Assembly: GCA_963763745.1 (NCBI GenBank)
Contig: CAVXQJ010000001.1
Span: 258,431 to 276,592, forward strand
Source of the DNA: an uncultured delta proteobacterium
Lineage (GTDB): Bacteria; Myxococcota_A; Polyangia; Polyangiales; Polyangiaceae
Length of the DNA: 18,162 nucleotides
Reading direction: 5' to 3'
The notes beneath the pieces are model-generated. The model made no database searches. It saw only the letters and a list, made by a program, of their open reading frames with translations, and was not told the origin of the DNA. Position numbers and translations under genes: made by a program. Of the stretch, positions 15,531 through 18,162 are shown in pieces (within the stretch, counting starts at the first letter, position 1; every line of letters begins with the position of its first letter).

Positions 15531-18162
15531 ATGATCCAACGCCTCGTCGGAATCGCGGTGCGATCTCCGTTCGTCGTTCTCGTCTGTGCGCTCGTGCTCG
15601 TGTGCGCGGGGCTCTTCGCGTTTCGGCAGCTCGACATCGAAGCGTATCCAAATCCCGTCCCGCCGATGGTCGAGGTCATCACGCAGCCACAAGGTTGGAG
15701 CGCCGATGAAGTCGAACGTTACGTCACAGTTCCACTCGAGGTCGGCCTCGCGGGAATGCCCGGGCTCGATCACGTTCGCAGCCAATCGCTGTTCGGTTTG
15801 TCCGACGTGAAGTGCTACTTCGCGTGGGGCACCGACTACGAGAAGGCGCGGCAGGAAGTCATCAACCGGATCGGCTTCGTCAACATGCCGACGGGCGTGC
15901 AACCGGGGCTCTCGCCGTGGAACGCGATCGGTGAAGTGTTCCGCTACACCGTCGAAGGCGACGGCTACGATCTCAAAGAGCTCAAAGCCCAAGAAGACTG
16001 GGTGCTCGAGCGGCAGTTCAAGCAGGCGAAGGGCGTCATCGACGTCACGAGCTTCGGCGGCGAGACGAAGGAGTACCACGTCGACGTCGACCCGTTCCGC
16101 TTGAAGGGCCACAACGTGAACCTCACGCAGCTCATGACTGCGATTCAAGCGGCGAACCAGAACGTCGGCGGGCAGCGGCTCTTCATCGGCGAGCAGAGCT
16201 ACGACGTGCGCGGCATCGGCCTCTTCAACAACCGGCACGACATCGAGAACGTCGTCGTGCTCGAGCAAAAGGGAACGGCCGTGCGCGTCCACGACGTCGC
16301 CGACATCGAAGTCGGCCACGCGCCGCGCCTCGGAAGAATCGGCAAGGACGATCGCGCCGACGTCGTACAGGGCATCGTCCTCATGCGCTACGGCGGCGAG
16401 ACGGAGCCGACGCTCCAAGCGGTGCACGCGCGCGTGAAGACGATCGAAGAACGCCATCTCCTCCCGCCCGGCATGCGCATCGTCCCGTATTACGACCGCG
16501 GCGATCTCGTCCACGTGACGACGCACACGGTGCTCGAGAACCTCCTCCTCGGCATGGGGCTCGTGAGCGTCGTGCTTCTCTTGTTCCTCGGGCACGCGCG
16601 CGCCGCGCTCATCACCGCGCTGAACATTCCGATGGCGCTGATGATCGCGTTCTGCGGGCTCGTCGGAACGGGAACGTCGGCGAACCTCATCTCGCTCGGC
16701 GCGGTCGACTTCGGCATCGTCGTCGATTCGACCGTCATCATGATGGAGAACATTTTCCGTCACGTCGGCGCGCACGGGCGCGGATCGATCCAGGATCGCG
16801 TGCTCGCGGCCGCGCGCGAAGTGGCGACGCCCATGACGTTCTCGACGCTCATCATCGGCGTCGCGTTCTTGCCGCTCTTCACGATGACGGGCGTCTCCGG
16901 CGTCATCTTCGCGCCGATGGCGCGCACGTACGCGCTCGCGATCGGCGGCGCGATCATCCTCGCCCTCACGCTGACACCCGTCTTGGCGAGCAAGCTCCTT
17001 CCCGCGACGGCCGAGGAAAAAGAAAATTTCCTCATGCGCGCGATCCACCGCATCTATCGCCCCGCGCTCACCAAAGTCCTCGCGAAGCCGCGCCTCTCGC
17101 TCGGCCTCGGCATGCTCCCGCTCGTCTTCTGCATCGCGCTCTTTCCGTTTCTCGGAGGCGAGTTCATGCCGAAGCTCGAAGAAGGAAACTTCTGGATCCG
17201 CGCGACGCTCCCGATGAGCGTCAACCTCGATCAATCGGCGAAGTACGTCGAGCGCATGCGCGGGATCTTGCGGCAGTGCCCGGAGATCGTGACGGTCGTC
17301 TCGCAAGTGGGCCGCCCCGACGACGGCACCGACGTGAGCGGCTTCGGCAACATCGAGTTCTTCGCGCCGCTGAAATCGTTCGATCAGTGGCCGCGCGGCA
17401 TGACGAAAGAGAAGCTCACCGACGATTTGAACAAGCAGCTCTCGTCCGCGTTTCCGGACGTCGTCTTCAACTTCTCGCAGATGATCAGCGACAACGTCGA
17501 AGAGGCGGTGTCGGGCGTGAAGGGCGAGAACTCCGTCAAAGTGTTCGGCCCGCGCATCGCCGACAACGAGAAGATCGCCGAGCAGATGTCGAACATCCTC
17601 GAGAAGGTGCGCGGCATCCACGATCTCGGAACGTTCCACTCGCTCGGCCAGCCGAGCATCCACATCGTCCCCGATCGGCTCGCGTGCGCGCGCTACGGGC
17701 TCAACACGGGCGATGTCGGCAACGTGATTCAAGCGGCGATCGGCGGGCGCGCCGCGACGCAGGTGTTCGAAGGCGAGAAGCGCTTCGACGTCGTCGTTCG
17801 ATGGAAGGAACCGTATCGATCGTCGGTGGAGGCGATTCGCGAGATCAACGTCGCGACGCCCGACGGCTCGTCGATCCCACTCGGACAAATCGCGAAGATC
17901 ACGATCGAGGACGGCGCGAGCGTCGTGTATCGCGAGGACGGCCTTCGCTACACGCCCGTGAAATTTTCGGTGCGCGGTCGCGACCTCGCGAGCACGATCG
18001 AGGAAGCGAAGAGGCGCATCGACGACGAGGTCCACCTCCCATACGACACGCACATCGAGTGGAGCGGCGAGATCAACGAGCTGAAAGAAGCGCAGCACGG
18101 CTCCTCGTCATCGTCAGAGCACGAGTTGAACGAAGAACGGAGAACGGTTACCGTATTGCTCG
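15531..18162 (+). CDS. czcA: CusA/CzcA-family heavy-metal efflux RND transporter permease (5' 877 codons; continues beyond the window; the last ~55 nt are frameshifted or non-native)
   Basis: It is absent from the ORF track because there is no in-window stop. The ATG at 15531 opens MIQRLVGIAVRSPFVVLVCALVLVCAGLFAFRQLDIEAYPNPVPPMVEVITQPQGWSADEVERYVTVPLEVGLAGMPGLDHVRSQSLFGLSDVKCYFAWGTDYEKARQEV.., which is collinear with CzcA/CusA. Further motifs: GAVDFGIVVDSTVIMMENIFRH, the periplasmic loops, and EWSGEINELKEAQ. The expected RLLVIVP then appears in a shifted frame and the final 46 nt do not encode the expected TM helix. The antisense 902-aa ORF 15390..18098 is spurious. Confidence 0.9.
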   Translation, partial: MIQRLVGIAVRSPFVVLVCALVLVCAGLFAFRQLDIEAYPNPVPPMVEVITQPQGWSADEVERYVTVPLEVGLAGMPGLDHVRSQSLFGLSDVKCYFAWGTDYEKARQEVINRIGFVNMPTGVQPGLSPWNAIGEVFRYTVEGDGYDLKELKAQEDWVLERQFKQAKGVIDVTSFGGETKEYHVDVDPFRLKGHNVNLTQLMTAIQAANQNVGGQRLFIGEQSYDVRGIGLFNNRHDIENVVVLEQKGTAVRVHDVADIEVGHAPRLGRIGKDDRADVVQGIVLMRYGGETEPTLQAVHARVKTIEERHLLPPGMRIVPYYDRGDLVHVTTHTVLENLLLGMGLVSVVLLLFLGHARAALITALNIPMALMIAFCGLVGTGTSANLISLGAVDFGIVVDSTVIMMENIFRHVGAHGRGSIQDRVLAAAREVATPMTFSTLIIGVAFLPLFTMTGVSGVIFAPMARTYALAIGGAIILALTLTPVLASKLLPATAEEKENFLMRAIHRIYRPALTKVLAKPRLSLGLGMLPLVFCIALFPFLGGEFMPKLEEGNFWIRATLPMSVNLDQSAKYVERMRGILRQCPEIVTVVSQVGRPDDGTDVSGFGNIEFFAPLKSFDQWPRGMTKEKLTDDLNKQLSSAFPDVVFNFSQMISDNVEEAVSGVKGENSVKVFGPRIADNEKIAEQMSNILEKVRGIHDLGTFHSLGQPSIHIVPDRLACARYGLNTGDVGNVIQAAIGGRAATQVFEGEKRFDVVVRWKEPYRSSVEAIREINVATPDGSSIPLGQIAKITIEDGASVVYREDGLRYTPVKFSVRGRDLASTIEEAKRRIDDEVHLPYDTHIEWSGEINELKEAQHGSSSSSEHELNEERRTVTVLL
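18117..18162. other. Non-native 46-nt terminal tail, lower GC, resembling nanopore sequencing adapter sequence
   Basis: agagcacgagttgaacgaagaacggagaacggttaccgtattgctcg. The last 15 nt, GTTACCGTATTGCT, are close to the 3' end of the ONT ligation adapter as I recall it (..TTCGTTCAGTTACGTATTGCT). The upstream TGAACGAAG matches the reverse complement of the same adapter (CTGAACGAAGT). The czcA reading frame and conservation stop exactly here. Confidence 0.4.

Noticed and set aside
15390-18098. 902-aa minus-strand ORF
   Set aside because: It is antisense to the unmistakable czcA coding sequence. Its translation is Arg/Asp/Glu-rich with no transporter motifs.
1-18162. CRISPR arrays, tRNA/rRNA genes, IS elements or integrases
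   Set aside because: There are no direct repeats with regular spacers and no cloverleaf-compatible segments, and no transposase- or integrase-like ORF in any frame. The only repeats are intragenic protein-repeat-derived ones.

Overview
This window is very high-GC (about 70%) chromosomal DNA. The gene content points to a myxobacterium (Myxococcota/Polyangia-like): Hanks Ser/Thr kinases including one with a PEGA tail, FG-GAP and RCC1 beta-propeller lipoproteins, Myxococcus-type Cys-rich repeats, and long Arg-rich spurious antisense ORFs. I can support 15 protein-coding genes. They are: a gluQ-like 3' fragment; a tail-anchored Ser/Thr kinase with an upstream LysM protein; a small conserved CPWA-motif protein; a minus-strand string of RCC1 lipoprotein, iPGM (gpmI), Ser/Thr kinase with PEGA domain, and FG-GAP lipoprotein; a plus-strand string of RNase HI, a membrane-anchored FG-GAP-like protein with a Ser/Ala/Pro-rich linker, an SDR oxidoreductase, and a TMTC/PMT-like GT-C glycosyltransferase with TPRs; a convergent Cys-rich YWTD-propeller secreted protein; a c-type cytochrome; and the 5' 877 codons of a CzcA/CusA-type HME-RND pump running off the window end. 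I found no tRNA, rRNA, CRISPR array or recognisable mobile element. Two things stand out. First, conserved protein sequence jumps reading frame at single-base homopolymer sites in at least four genes (gpmI twice, the PEGA kinase, the FG-GAP lipoprotein, czcA), and the last 46 nt are non-native and resemble a nanopore adapter. The template therefore looks like an indel-prone long-read assembly, and apparent pseudogenes should not be trusted. Second, the tight operon-like gene strings are biologically suggestive: iPGM translationally coupled to a kinase, and a PMT-like glycosyltransferase next to a Ser-rich-linker membrane protein. The second arrangement may be a protein O-glycosylation module. 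None of this can be confirmed without database searches.
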